A stretch of DNA of 61,496 nt, counting the filler, from Choristocarpus tenellus KU-1152 (lineage: Eukaryota > Protista > Phaeophyceae): the NCBI GenBank assembly GCA_964200185.2. It is 13 parts of 13 records of this genome, joined end to end, with 100 filler letters (N's around TTAATTAATTAA, not from the genome) between each part and the next. Parts side by side here need not be neighbours in the genome. Positions count along the whole stretch, not along the records: positions 13,790 to 17,166 come from CAXNAD020020438.1; positions 17,267 to 20,793 come from CAXNAD020019445.1; positions 20,894 to 24,912 come from CAXNAD020016641.1; positions 25,013 to 29,302 come from CAXNAD020015260.1; 9 more parts are not named here. The stretch is one strand, 5' to 3'. How positions within the stretch are numbered: the stretch's first letter is position 1; the number at the start of each line of letters is the position of its first letter. Under the pieces are notes generated by a model, which worked only from the letters and a program-made list of their open reading frames with translations, did no database searches and was not told the origin of the DNA. Positions 13,790 to 26,711 of the stretch are shown piece after piece. A program made the translations under genes and the position numbers.

Positions 13790-15809
13790 GAGGAGCCAGA
13801 GCTAGACATACTAGGGGAGCCAGAGTTTCATGACGACATGAACATGGATATGAGAGATGAAGAAGAGGCTTCCACAACAGGGAGCGAGACTGGAGGTGAG
13901 AGCCAAAACATTGGGCGTAAGGCTCAAGATACAAAGCGCTCAGCATCCCCCCAGAATCAAGAAATTTCTACCAGGATGGGACAACGCCAGCGCATGGATA
14001 GGGCTGCACAGATGGCAGCTAAGCGCCTGACCCCACACTCTGGACTTCGGAGATATGCCAGGCTGGAGCAACGCCAGCGGGTAGCCTACACATCTAAACT
14101 CTATGTGATCAGGAAGAAGAAGAAGAAACAGCCATTAACCATTTCGTGTCAACCCTCATGCAGCAGAACAACGAAGAAGTGTACTGCTTTATGGATCTCA
14201 TGGGGAAGTAACAGCAGGTCCAGACGAGCCATCTACAACCAAAGCGGCCTTGAGTGGGCCAGATGGAGAGCAATGGCAAGAGGCATTGGAGAAGGAAATG
14301 TCAGGGTTATGGCAAAAGGGGGCTTCTAGGGATAAGGCCCTGCCCAAAGGGAGGAAGGCAATCAAGACACGATTTGTTTTCAAGATCAAGCGCTTAGCAG
14401 ACGGATCAGTGGAGCGATATAAGGCAAGACTAGTGACCCGTGGGTTCACCCAAAATGCAGGAGTGGACTTCTTTGAAACCTTTAGCCCGGTGGTGGGATA
14501 TGACACACTACGATGCATTATATCAGTCGCAGCATACAGAGGTTGGAGCATAGACGCCCTGGACTTTACACAGGCCTACCTCAACGCGGATCTAGGAGGA
14601 CATCTGGTTGGAGCTTTCTGATGGCTGCACAGTCAAGGCCGAGAAGGCAATTTATGGTCTGAAGCAGTCAGCAATGGAATGGCACCATAAACTACGCAGT
14701 ACCATTATATCAGAGGGATGGACAAGCAGCCAACATGACGAGTGCCTCTACTTCAAGAAGAGTGAAGACGGACGCATTGCCATTCTCACGACATATGTGG
14801 ACGACACCTTCACCAATGGGGACTTCACAGAAGAAGTACAAAGGATGAGGGCATCCCTGCTGGAAAAGTACGAGGGGCGGGACTTATTTACGCCAGACAA
14901 GCTAATTGGCGTGGGCATCACTGTGGATGAAGATGGGATCACCTTGGATCAACATCTATATGCAGAAAGTATTGTCATGGCCGGGATGGGCACTACAGAA
15001 GTGCGAAAGACATCAACACCACTGGACCCCGGCATGGACCTCTCTGCTAAACAAGATCATGAGGAGGAGCTAGATCCCACCATATACCCCTATGCCAGTA
15101 TTCTTGGGAAACTTATGTTCTTAGTAGACATGACTCGACCAGATCTGGCAAAAATGTGTTCGTGAATTGGGGCATAGAGCAGCATCTCCATGCATGAGAC
15201 ACTGGCGCGGACTACAGCACATTCTGCGCTACGTAGCAGGGACATTGGATGTCTGCATTCATTATAATTGAGGAGACAAAGATATGAAAGAGGGGGACGA
15301 AGAACTTCTAGTGGGTTATGGAGATTCTGACTGGGGCACAGACTCCCAACACGCAGGAGTGTCACAGGCTACTTGCTACTGTTCAATAATTCACTGATTG
15401 CCTGGCGCTCCAAACTTTAAGGGGCTGTCACCCTCTCCAGCTCGGAGGCAGAGTGGACGGTAATGGCATATGGCATGCGCCGCTGCATTTTCCTTCAAGG
15501 CATTCTGGGGGAGATTGGCATATTACAGGATCAGACTCCCTGGTTCTGTGACAATCGTGGTGCTATACAGGCAAGCAGAATCACAGGTTACAATGGAGAA
15601 CAAGACACGTAGACATGAAGCTTAGTGTGCACTAGGGAATATGTGGACCAAGGCCTGTTTCATGTAGAATATGTTCCAACATCGAAATAACTAGCTGACA
15701 TTTTGACTAAGCCTTTGCGTAAGAATCTTACTTCTAGTATTGTGCATTATGTGCTTTCGCGTTGGGGGTGAGCTTCTGCCAGCAACTTTGATGCACGCTC
15801 ATGGGGGTG
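13790..15809 (+). mobile_element. Ty1/Copia RT-RNaseH region, frameshifted and with stops
   Basis: KTRFVFKIK..DGSVERYKARLVTRGFTQ, LDFTQAYLNA, KAIYGLKQSA, YVDD, RPDL, DSDWG, CDNRGAIQ, LADILTKPL; PPT ATGGGGGTG at 15801-15809. Confidence 0.93.
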
Positions 15810-16229
15810 TGTGCAATATAGGCTGGTAGTCTATATGGGTTATGGGTGTTTAGTGACAAATATTGGACAACAGAAATGCTGACTAAGTGGAACATGTGTC
15901 ATTGACTTGTGTTTGTGTGCTTAGAGAGCTCGAATCTCAGATGATAGATTTCTTATTTCTTGATATAAATGGACCGATAGAGGAGTTCTGTCATAGTACT
16001 AGCTACACAGGAAAAGTGACAGTACGATGTAACGGCAGGGCACGTTCTGATGTGTCAGCTGATGTGTCAGCTGTTTTGTGTCAGCTGTTTTGATGTGTCA
16101 GCTGTTTTGATGTTTCAGGTGATGAGTCAGCTGATGTGTCAGCTGATATATGTAATAAACAATAAGATAATAAAATAAGAGAGAGCACCCCCCCACCACA
16201 GAGGGCTGTGCTCACTCCGCTAATAAACA
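15810..16229 (+). repeat. 3' LTR of the Copia element, with internal tandem TGTCAGCTG units
   Basis: Starts with TG immediately after the PPT; ends ...TAAACA. Confidence 0.7.
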
Positions 16230-16275
16230 TAATATCCACACCACACAAAGCAAAATACTCCACTTGAGTAGTTCT

Positions 16276-16532
16276 ACATCAGCTGACACATCAAGACGTG
16301 TCCTGCCGTTACATCGTATTAATACACTTATCCTGTGTAGCTAGTACTATGACAGAACTCCTCTATCGGTCCATTTATATCAAGAAATAAGAAATCTATC
16401 ATCTGAGATTCGAACTCTCTAAGCACACGAACACAAGTCAACGACACTTGTTCCACTTAGTCAACATTCCTGTTGTCTAGTATTGGTCACTAACACCCAT
16501 AACCCATATAGACTACCAGCCTATATTGCACA
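16276..16532 (-). repeat. Inverted partial copy of the same LTR
   Basis: Reverse complement of 15810-16065 with scattered substitutions. Confidence 0.92.
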
Positions 16533-16997
16533 GTTATGGACAATACGGCACGGAGGAAGTACGTATACATTATACCTACTCCAAAACATTTTGCTTTCGA
16601 ACATAAAAAAAAATAACAGGGTCCAGAAACTAACAGCTTACCAGGGAGAAAGCTTTGCTCCGTCGTCCAGGTATGAGATCTGTGAAGACTAAAGATCTTC
16701 TTCTTGAGGTTTTCAACCAGTTATAACAGGGATAAACTTAGGGCCACAAGTTAACTCACTACCAGGTTCACAACCTCATCCAACCCCTGTAGACAACCAG
16801 ACAACAATGATGCACCCAATGGTCCCCAGGGGATACAGGATAATGCTGCTGCAGCTAATCCTGTAACCATTAGACCTCTTCCATACACATTGTATCCCAG
16901 GTCTATACCTAAAAGGAGACACCCTAAGGTTAAAACTCAACTAGAGGAACTTAAATGATTTGCTAAATATATTAACCATGTTTCTACCTCTCCTAAC

Positions 16998-17126
16998 ATG
17001 GACACCTGCCCGTTCTTCTTCATCCTTTCCAAAGTCCATGAAAATCCAGTGGTAGGAAGACCTATAGCTGCAAGACATTCTTAATGGACTACAGGTTGGT
17101 CCAAACCTTTAGGCTACTGGTTGCAG
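16998..17126 (+). pseudogene. Penelope-like RT fragment
   Basis: CPFFFILSKVHENPVVGRPIAARHS*WTTGWSKPLGYWLQ matches the PLE FY.LPKIHK....RPIV...S.T..LSK.L..WL motif. Confidence 0.65.
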
Positions 17127-18120
17127 ACTCAAAGTATCTCGGGGAGGGTGGCGGCTGTCCATTTGGNNNNNNNNNNNNNNNNNNNNNNNNNNNNNNNNNN
17201 NNNNNNNNNNTTAATTAATTAANNNNNNNNNNNNNNNNNNNNNNNNNNNNNNNNNNNNNNNNNNNNGGGGAAGGGAGGATTTTTTTTGTTTTGTCAAGGT
17301 TATCTATTGGTCCCTTTCCTCTTGAACATAACCTGTTAGTAATGCTTGTGCACGTGCCTCTGAGATGGAACTTTTGCATGCGTGTGTGTGTGTGTGTTTG
17401 TGTTGCTCCGGAGAGACTTGTGTGTACATACATATGTTGCTATGGAGAAACTCGTGTGTGCATACATTTGTTGCTACGGAGACCCCTCCCTTGCAACTAT
17501 GACTTGTTTTTTTTTGTTTCCAGGCGCTGTGAGTGGTATGCTTTTAATATGATATTGAAATCAATGAGTATTATTTTCAACATCCCATCTAATCTTTTGA
17601 AACCCCACTGCTGTGCCCCCTGCGCTTAAACAAACCACACTAACAATAATAGTAATAATACGATTTGTTTGTAGTATAGTACATGGTATTACTGACCATG
17701 TCTGCACGTTTAATTTGATGTTATTGGGTCATACATACAATGGGGCAGGGTTACTAAGAGATCCGTAAAGTACTCCCACAGCTTCCTCCTCACCCATTTG
17801 AAAATGTCGATATACATTCTTAAGTTGCATTCATAGTACCTATCGGAAGTTAGTTCCTGGTTGTTTTTGTTTTGGGGGGGAGAGGGGGTGAAGATGTGAC
17901 ATCCAGTGCAGTATTTGTGATAAGTGATATCTAACTGGTTGGACTACACACATCTCTACAGACTTTTTTCTATTTTTTATTTATCACCCATGGATACAGA
18001 ACGGTACTCTAACAGGAACTGCACCAACGAAAAATAGAATTTAATAAAAATTCTTTGTTTCCCTTTTTTTTTAGGGTTTTTTTTTTAATATCCTCGCTCC
18101 TCTCCAATCCGGTCTCACAG

Positions 18121-20083
18121 CGAGCTAGAGCACAGGAGATATCTGAGGCGGCAGGCTTGGGAGATATGTGCAAGTTCAAGGTCGGGTGGGCCAATTTTGC
18201 TGTTGATACCTTTGCCAGGGGTGTAAGGGGGGGGGGGGATCCTAGTTTTTATCTTTGGGGTGGGGCTTGGGCAGGGCACTGAAACACTCCAGTAATGATA
18301 CGCGCTTTTGTTCTGAAAAAAATAAAATATTCTGTCCCGACGACTGAAGTGTGAACAGAGAGTGTTGTGTGATCATCTTTTTATGCTGTAAGAAGTTTGT
18401 CTGGTGACAGAGGAGTAATTTTTATCGGTTGTGTGCGTGTGTGTGTATTAGTTTGGCTAATTTCTGGTACATGTTTGAGTGTTGCCCTGCTGATCTTCCT
18501 GTGCTTGCATGTGGAGTGTTGAGTAGTTTTTGTCATGGGAGTAAGGTTCTTTTTTCGTTTTTCTTTTTGCCTTCTCACCCCCCCCCCCCCACCCCCCAAA
18601 TTTATGGAACTGTAAGGCTTTACCTGCACTGCGCCTATTTTGCCCCTAATTTACCCCGTGGTTGGTACCCCTGTTCAAATTCAAATTCACGATTTTGTTC
18701 CTGTTGAGCACGCTGTTCGTAACGATAGTCTTCCACCACAAGTTGCTCTTCTTTCCACACCTGTCCAAAAAGCAACAAATGAAACCTGACGCTTGAGTGC
18801 CTAGAATGGATACACAACTTCGTGGATGGAGGCTTAGATTTCTTTTGTGGGTCAGAAAAGCTACATACAGTTGCGGTTCTTCTTCTCTGTACATGCTCTT
18901 GGCCATACAGCACAGATACAATGATGGTTCGATCATGCGGGCATTGATTTCCAATCTTGTTGGGAGGGAGTAGGATAGGATAAGAAGGCTATCAGTATTG
19001 GACGAGAGCCTGCAGCCATATTTTTTACGTGGTAGCAATTATTAATAAATAATAATAGGAATACAACACTACTACTGTGTGCGCAGAGTGTGTGCTCAAC
19101 ATGGTTTTCTAATACCCTGGGAAGGCGACATTGTTCATGTTCTACATAAGATCAATTCTTCTGCATGACACACGTGTACTGTATTTTTAGGCATCATATT
19201 TAGGTATCATCCATGCACCCCTCTCCCCCCCCCACCCCACCCCACCCCAACTGAACCTTTTTTTTTGCGATGGTGCACGCGCACGTGTCTGTGTGTGCAC
19301 GTGTGAAGGTAGAGGATGCACTGGATACAACCTTTGAAGATGATTCTTTTGACCTTGTGTGGAGCATGGAGAGTGGAGAGCACATGCCTCAGAAGCGAAA
19401 GTGAGAGCCGGTGCGGTTGAGATCATATCCTTTGGTACGCTACACCACTTTGTATCTCACCTGTGTTTGTGTGTGTGTGTGTTGGTATTGTGTTGTTTGG
19501 CGTTTTGTCTTTTTTTGTTAGGTCCTTTTAAAAAAAATGAAAGGAAAAAAATCTGAGGATTTTAGATGATAAGATGAACAGCTGTGTACATTTATGGAGA
19601 AAGGATTTTTTTTTAACTGGGGAGTTCAGAAGTTTGATATGGCGTTACAAGTTATCCTGCCAACGTACACAATCGTACCGATCGTAGTATATGTTCAATA
19701 CTTTACATACCATCATCGGTTTCTTTCGTAGTTAGTCATATACCGTTTTGCTTACTCCATCAATTCTATATTTTTCTTCTGCGGTTTGCTGAGTATCGCC
19801 TTCCCTTCCCTCTACACACCCCTTAGTTTGATATATATATATTTATATGTATATGAAGATTAATGTTGTAGTAATTGAACAAGACCTTAACTTGCTCTAC
19901 TGTTGTTGGATCTAAACGATGCCTTGTAATAAAAATATATATATATATCCGTGAAAGGTTTGTTGGTGAGCTGGCTCGCATATGTGCGCCGGGAGGTCAA
20001 GTCCTGGTGGTGACTTGGTGCCACCGAGATCTCAATGAAGGGGAGACGTCTCTCGAACCATGGGAAGAGCGGCTGTTGGGAAG
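18121..20083 (+). CDS. VTE4: Gamma-tocopherol methyltransferase-like SAM methyltransferase, internal exons 18121-18180, 19309-19400, 19958-20083
   Basis: Spliced peptide RARAQEISEAAGLGDMCKFK|VEDALDTTFEDDSFDLVWSMESGEHMPQKRK|FVGELARICAPGGQVLVVTWCHRDLNEGETSLEPWEERLLG. FDLVWSMESGEHMP and VTWCHR are signatures of this family, and GT-AG phases are consistent. Confidence 0.88.
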
Positions 20084-21095
20084 GTACGAATCGTACAAAT
20101 CATCTCGTATGGTAGGACTATTGATAGTGTGATTGATTTAGTAGAGCAACAGCAAGAGACCCGAGGGGAGGGGGGGGGAATGGTATTGAGAGGGGCATCA
20201 CTTCCTCCAATAGAAAATGAATTGCCTTACTGTGTGTCCGTTTTATACTACTTTCCGCCATATGGTATGCTCCCAACAATGTCTTAACGTCGGGTTTCCC
20301 TTTGATTCGGGCGTGCGGACTGCCCTCTTTCTTCTAGAATGGCATTCGTAGATATAGATACAAGCGTTCTGTACACAGAGGGGCAGAGTTTTTTTGTTTT
20401 TTGACTGGACCTTTTTTTTCTTAAATCTGGAAAGAAAAAAAAACAGTTTTTTATAGATGTAGAAAAACCAAAGGTTTGATTAAGATGGATGTGTTACGAT
20501 GTCGTGCTGATGTTGTGCTGCTCGTAGTGTAAATATATATATATATATATATATTTGGCATACACTCTACTTACTGTCGATACCCATCAAATGTCAACGA
20601 CTCTTTCCACGGGTTGTAACCTTGTGCTGACTTAACCACAGCCCTATTTTGTTTTTTATTATTATTATTATTGTGCACTTGTGAACACAGAGCCCTTCCT
20701 CTTCCCTGTAATAATTGTGTCAAACCTGTTAATGAAGCTACTTATCTTTTTTTGAGGGGGGGGGGGCGGTTGGGGAAGATTTCCACACCTCTGNNNNNNN
20801 NNNNNNNNNNNNNNNNNNNNNNNNNNNNNNNNNNNNNTTAATTAATTAANNNNNNNNNNNNNNNNNNNNNNNNNNNNNNNNNNNNNNNNNNNNGCGATAT
20901 GTTTTTCATGCTTCAACAATACCATCTCATCCGACCGTCCCCGCGCTGCTGCAGCATGTGCCACGCGTAAATATCTACAGAATATGTGATCTGCTGCTGG
21001 CATACGATACCTCTAGGATTCCATCCCCCATCCCTCGTATCCACCTCCAACACATATCCCATCCATTTATATACATCCGTACGCTACTACAACAG

Positions 21096-24000
21096 GAACG
21101 GCACGAACAAAGATAAGGACATGACTCCGAAGCAAGACCTGGTGATGTCCTGGATAGACTACTGGGCTGATACATACGGGCAGTTCATGCCTCACAAGTC
21201 CACAATTATGATCTACGCCGGGAACAAACAGGTCGGTTTTGCCCTTGGTTGTGGAGAGGTTGGCTGCACCCTGTGTTGGAGTTAGATGCAAACAGTGTGA
21301 TCCGGCAGTACGTAAAAAAGGTGGATCTAAGTAGTATTTCGAGTGGTGTATGTTCATTACTTTGACCGGTCTGATATTATGGTTAAAAGAACATGTCAAG
21401 ATTCATACAAAGTGCTCAACCAAAGTATCTTAGAGGGTAGAGCCGCGTCCATTTGGGGGTAAAAATCTAATGTTGCGATTTTGATGTAATTTTGGTTATG
21501 TGTTTGTTAGGAAGTGTCCATATCCTTATTCCCGACACACCTTTTCATAACGTACACACTTTTACCTACTCCGAAACATTTTGGAGTAGGAAAATGTCAC
21601 AAAACCCCCGAGGGAAGCCAAGCCCCAAATGGACAAACGGAACAAAACTCGTACCATCTAAGATACTTTCGCTCTGCTATCTTTTTCGTTTGCTATGTCG
21701 ATATTACAATATTCATGATGATACTCGTCGTCAATTTTACGAAGGAAGACAAAATAACTGTTATTTCAACGCCGCGCACACCTACTCTGCGGCCCCGGGC
21801 CCGATCTGATATTGGTAGGAAAAGTGTGTGTACTTCATATGTCTAAAGCGCTTCGCGATGATGATAATGATGATGGTAGATTCGCCTCCTTTGCCGCTTC
21901 TGCAAACGGCAGCGAGGCCTGATAGGAATGGCGCTCATGGCAGATTTACGAAAATCATTGTATTTGCTCTTTCGTAACGCATGATTTAAGCTTGCTTGAT
22001 CCTGTCTTCCGCGTTCTCAGTCAAGTTATTGGTCAGCCCGCCTTCGAGAGATCTTGCAGGGGTGTTCTTTGAGTGTTCCTTCTCAATACCTCCTCACTTG
22101 CCCACACAACCAACGTTTTTAACTAGGAGCTATACAAGGATTTTGGAAAAGAGGCAATACGGGTGTATCCTGATGACCCTTCCAAGCGGGTAAGCAGGGT
22201 GCACTTCCTCCGATTGCTCAGAGAGGACAGGCCCAACATCAGGGTGAGGGTAGGAGGCGAGTTTATGAAATGTGACATATGTGTCACGTTAAAAGAGAAG
22301 CGGCACGGTGCGCCTGGTGTAAAACCCACAAACGACTCCACCGTCCTCGAGTCCATCGATAAGGAGCTGTCAGACCATCGAGAGGTAGGTGTCCAGCGTT
22401 AATTTTGCAACAAGGGTACAGTGGCAACATGTCGCCGTCATTGCCCTCCATTTTCAAGAACACCTGTTTCCTTTTGCGAATGAAGACTCCCACGCAGGTG
22501 CTTATGGCAGCAGCAGTAGCCTCACTCACCGCAAAAATGTTGTTATTAGCTGCCCAAACACCTTGTATGATAGACTGCTTCCTGGTCGTGTACAACGGGC
22601 TGTGGGAGGGACAGGTGATGTAGCGGTCTTCCGGCCCTGTACGTACGTACTTCCTACCATCCCGATAACACTGTGTTTGTCTTGAACACAGCAATAAAAA
22701 ACATATCCAAAGACAAACAATTATTGTTACCTACACTCCATTTTTGTTACAAACCTGATACGTGTTAACAAGTGGTCATTTCTTTAAAACTCTGAGCAGA
22801 TTTATTTGATTTACAGACGTGATGTTGCTCTCCCCCATTCGCCAGATTATCCAAGCGGATCGGCTGGTCATCGCCAGCAGCACCAGCAGCGCCATGCGGG
22901 GCAAAGCCAACGACAAACCTCTCGGATTCGTGTTCATGTCCGTAGACGCCGCGAACCAGACATCACACGCCCTCCCAGCACTTTACCCACCTACCCACAG
23001 CGGTGACAGGTAACCATACACACGCATAGTCCATCCGACAACAAGTTTGCAGCCGCACGCAGAACAGAATAGACGACCCTGTTTTATTCTACGAATGAAT
23101 GCAAAGTCCCAAGAAATAACCGCCAAAATAGACGCATATAATTCCACTACCTATTCCGTTCATCATGATGACGACGCACCGTAGAACCTTTCTTTACACG
23201 TTCCTTTCGTTCATGTCCTTCTTATCAGGGGCTACTCCAAGCGCCAGAAGATCATGGCCGCACACGTCGAAGGCCAGTTTGCGGAGGTGTTCTTCACTCC
23301 TATCAATCTTGGAGGAGGTACGTTTTGTGGGTCGTGGCAAACAATCACATGACCGAATAGATGCTGGTTGCGCACGCACCACTTGATTTACCGTCATGGC
23401 GAAGCGACCTGCCGTAGGTTAGATACAGGAGGACGAGTACATCCTTATACGATGTGCCTACAGATACCGCAGGCCTAGTGAACAGTCGATTAACTGATGA
23501 TACGCTGTGCTCCCCTGCCCTCCTACGCCTCAGCTTCGTAAGGGCGAGAGGAGCGTAAGAGCTAATCAACGAGGAGGAAAACCCACAGACATGTACATCA
23601 GCCATTCAGGTGTATGTGCTCTACATTGAGAAAACAAATTCCATTACCCCTCATTTTAGCTCCAAATAAACAATGCGTAAGTAAGCAGAGTACTTTTTGC
23701 CAACTAACGACAGACACCATCGTTCGCGCAGGTTGTAACCTTGTCTGCACAGCCACCCACCTTGCCCTCACAAGGCTAATCGACAAGTACCACAACAGCC
23801 TCGATCACGCGGGGAGTTGCATCATCCAGCACGCGCATTGGCAGGTAAGAAAGTTTCATCTTGACACGACCTACTCAACACATATTTGCTGAATACCGGT
23901 CACCAAGTAACAAACTGCACGGTCTTTAGTTTTGGTTTGTGTATTGCAACCTGTATATATGATGGTGGTGATATAGAGGTTGCGCTCTAGCACTACTGGA

Positions 24001-24912
24001 AACATATCCTGTTCCTCCACGACACGCGGCGAAATGGGCTGACATATCGGCCTCGCGCCTATCCCTCCCTCGCTCCCAACTCCCCAAACTGGCCAGGTCG
24101 ACAACTGCGTCTCAGAGAACAAGAACAATTTCTTTCTCGGATATGTGGGGCTGTTGGTTGCGGCGAGTGTCATTCGTGTGGTAGAGATATAATTTATGAT
24201 GGTGGCGCACACGCACATTAAGATCGATCAGATCTTCTCCAGGTAATTAGGCAAGATATGCAAGTTCAATAGCCACAGAGTGTTTTGATACGGACAGATA
24301 CTGCCTTGAGGCTTGCAGCTCACGCTTGTTGCATCTATGGAAGGTTTATGGTCGTACTCTGTAATTGATTGATTGGCTTTTGATTTCCCCACAACAAAAT
24401 AGCACGATAAGAGCAGCTGCCAAATTTGTTTCGTAACCTACTCTCGAAACAAAACAATGAAAAATGTACGAATCACCCCTTTTTATATCTATACTTCCAT
24501 ATACATGCACCAGAGCATGTGCCTGCATATATACATTGCTTCTCCACTTCGCTTCTTTCGCCCCCGCCTCAAAATTAACTTGCTTGCGTGTCACTTTCAG
24601 GCTCTCACGTGGTATAAAAGGAAAGAACATATTCACAAGAACACAGCTGGGTGAAGAGCTGCAGGCCTCTTACTCGGAGGTTCCAGTATACTGCAAGACC
24701 CTACGGAACAAGGTAAACTTCAAGGGACTCCTTCTCGATCGCGTCAACCGTGTCTCCAATATCACGAGCTACAGGGCTTTTCGCGTTGAAAAAGGTGGTG
24801 ATGGGCGGGTTAAGGTTAGCGTAAAGCGTTATATGCACAGCACCGAATGGAGTGGGACAGGCGGAGACCTTGCTATCGACCCCAACACCCCTCCGCACGA
24901 CCTCTTCATCGG
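21096..24912 (+). pseudogene. Intron-rich Sola-type (DUF7869-like) DDD transposase. Exons 21096-21231, 22127-22384, 22846-23009, 23229-23317, 23732-23844, 24097-24242, 24601->24912; one in-frame TAA at 24190-24192.
   Basis: Phase-consistent GT-AG exons give W..YWADTYGQFMP, FMKCDIC, SVDAANQ (D1), GCNLVCT, WQVDNCVSENKNN (D2), FMMVAHTHIKIDQIFSR (D3), NITSYRAFR...VKRYM. Confidence 0.85.
21417..21674 (+). mobile_element. MITE family A copy inside a transposase intron
   Basis: TIRs ..CAAAGTATCTTAGAGGGTA / TACCATCTAAGATACTTTCGCTC; 4-bp TSD TGCT. Confidence 0.88.
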
Positions 24913-25556
24913 NNNNNNNNNNNNNNNNNNNNNNNNNNNNNNNNNNNNNNNNNNNNTTAATTAATTAANNNNNNNNNNNNNNNNNNNNNNNNNNNNNNNN
25001 NNNNNNNNNNNNCCCCCAGATACTTTGGCACATTGTAGTGCTTGGCTACTTCACATACTACAGTTGTGTATATCTAGCTTAGCTACCACTGCTGGCCACA
25101 GTGCAGAGTCTATTGCCTCTCTAATTGGAATGTCATCTTCAGCAGAAGATAGATCCCTTCTGTTTCCTGTCTAAGGTTCTAAAGGGATCAGAATTACGGG
25201 GCACTGCTCTTCTCTTTTCCCATTCATCCATACCAAACGCTCACATATGCATGCCCTTAACATAAATCGTCTGACTGAGCCAACGTCAACTAGAGGTACC
25301 CAGGTTTTGGTCGATTTGTATTATTAGCCAGTTTTCATTTGCAACTCAACCATATTTCTATGGATGAAGCACTAAGTTTGTCTTGAGAGTGTTTTTTTCA
25401 GCAGATCGTAGCACAAAGCCTACTCTCATACTTACAATACACCGTTCCTTATCAAGTGGTCTATAAAGAATTTACCCCTTCCCAGGGTTGAAATTGTGTT
25501 TCAGCGCGTGAACGAAATGTTATGATGCTGGTCTGCAAGGGCTATCGCTATTCACA

Positions 25557-25735
25557 AACACAAAGTATCTGGGGGGAGAGGGCGGTCTACACCAGGGTGT
25601 CCATTTGGGTCAAAACCAGGAAAGTGCAATTACATTATCCATCCGACGTATCCAACCAAATCACCCAAAAATCGCGACATGAAAAAATTGACCCCAAATG
25701 GAGAGCCGCCACCCTCCGCCCAGATTCTATGAGCC
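25557..25735 (-). mobile_element. MITE family B (~180 bp, TIR GGCTCAAAGTATCTGGG)
   Basis: Inverted homolog of 26533-26711; shares the AAAGTATCT terminus and GTCCATTTGG subterminal motif with family A. Confidence 0.8.
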
Positions 25736-26149
25736 CAAAATTCAGGAAAAGAACCTAAATACAGTTGTAAAAAAAGGCGAATCTTGCATATATTTGTTAG
25801 CATCCTTATGATGCAACTCTGCATATCTCTTGTCTACTTTGACTCACTGTATAGAATGCTTGTTGTACTTTTGTCACATGAAGTTGTTATTATAGACTCT
25901 TCCAACTCTATCGGACAGTTGTGGTAAACTGTGTATGGAGTAAGAGAACAATCATTAGTGATTAAGTTATCAGAGAACTTTTATTAGTGATAAGCTCTAT
26001 GAGATCATTTCTCATATGAAATTAAATATTTCTGATTTATGGCGTGCTGCATGCCCCTCTTAGCTTTAATCAATCGCTTTACAGACATCAAGCAATCTCT
26101 CTGGTTTTATCACCTTTATTCTTTCGGATGATTTGGGCGATACTTCAAC

Positions 26150-26532
26150 ATAACATTTTGAACCGTAGGTTTCTAACCCATCATTTCATCGTGTCTTCAC
26201 TTGGAGATGAGATTCTACCTGCTCCTGCCAAGTGTCCATCTGTTCAAGAATTCCAGCAGCTTATGGCGACGGTAGCAGATCTGTCAAGAAACGTTGGCAA
26301 TCTCAGGTTGCAGTCTGATAGAGTCGGCAATGGAAATGATCCCGTCGTCCAAGTCACTGTTCCCAGCACACAGCCTCCGGTTGGGCACGTGCCAGTCGAA
26401 GTGGGTGCTATGGAACCCATGTTGAGAGAAAATTTCCCAGAGAGGGGAAACAGTTCGGATGCTGTGAGCATCAGAAGCGGGGCGAACTGGGGGTTCGGTT
26501 CTTCGGAGTTTGGGGTCAGGCGCACATACTGT
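26150..26532 (+). pseudogene. Possible retroelement gag N-terminal fragment
   Basis: PSVQEFQQLMATVADLSRNVGNLRL coiled-coil-like start after a ...TAACA/TTTTGAACC LTR-PBS-like junction; truncated by a MITE. Confidence 0.3.
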
Positions 26533-26711
26533 GGCTCAAAGTATCTGGGAGGGGGTAGCGGCTGTCCATTTGGGGTCAATTATTTCATGTCGCGTCTTTT
26601 GTGCGATTTGGTTGCATACGTCGGATGGATAATGTACATGCACGTTTCCTTACTTTGGTCAAATGGACACCCTGGTGTAGATCCCCCCCCCCTCCCCAGA
26701 TACTTTAGGCC
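26533..26711 (+). mobile_element. MITE family B. Partial ends also occur at contig edges 17126-17166, 25013-25030, 51066-51084, 54375-54398 and 57276-57363.
   Basis: TIRs GGCTCAAAGTATCTGGGAGGGGG / CCCCCTCCCCAGATACTTTAGGCC. Confidence 0.82.
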
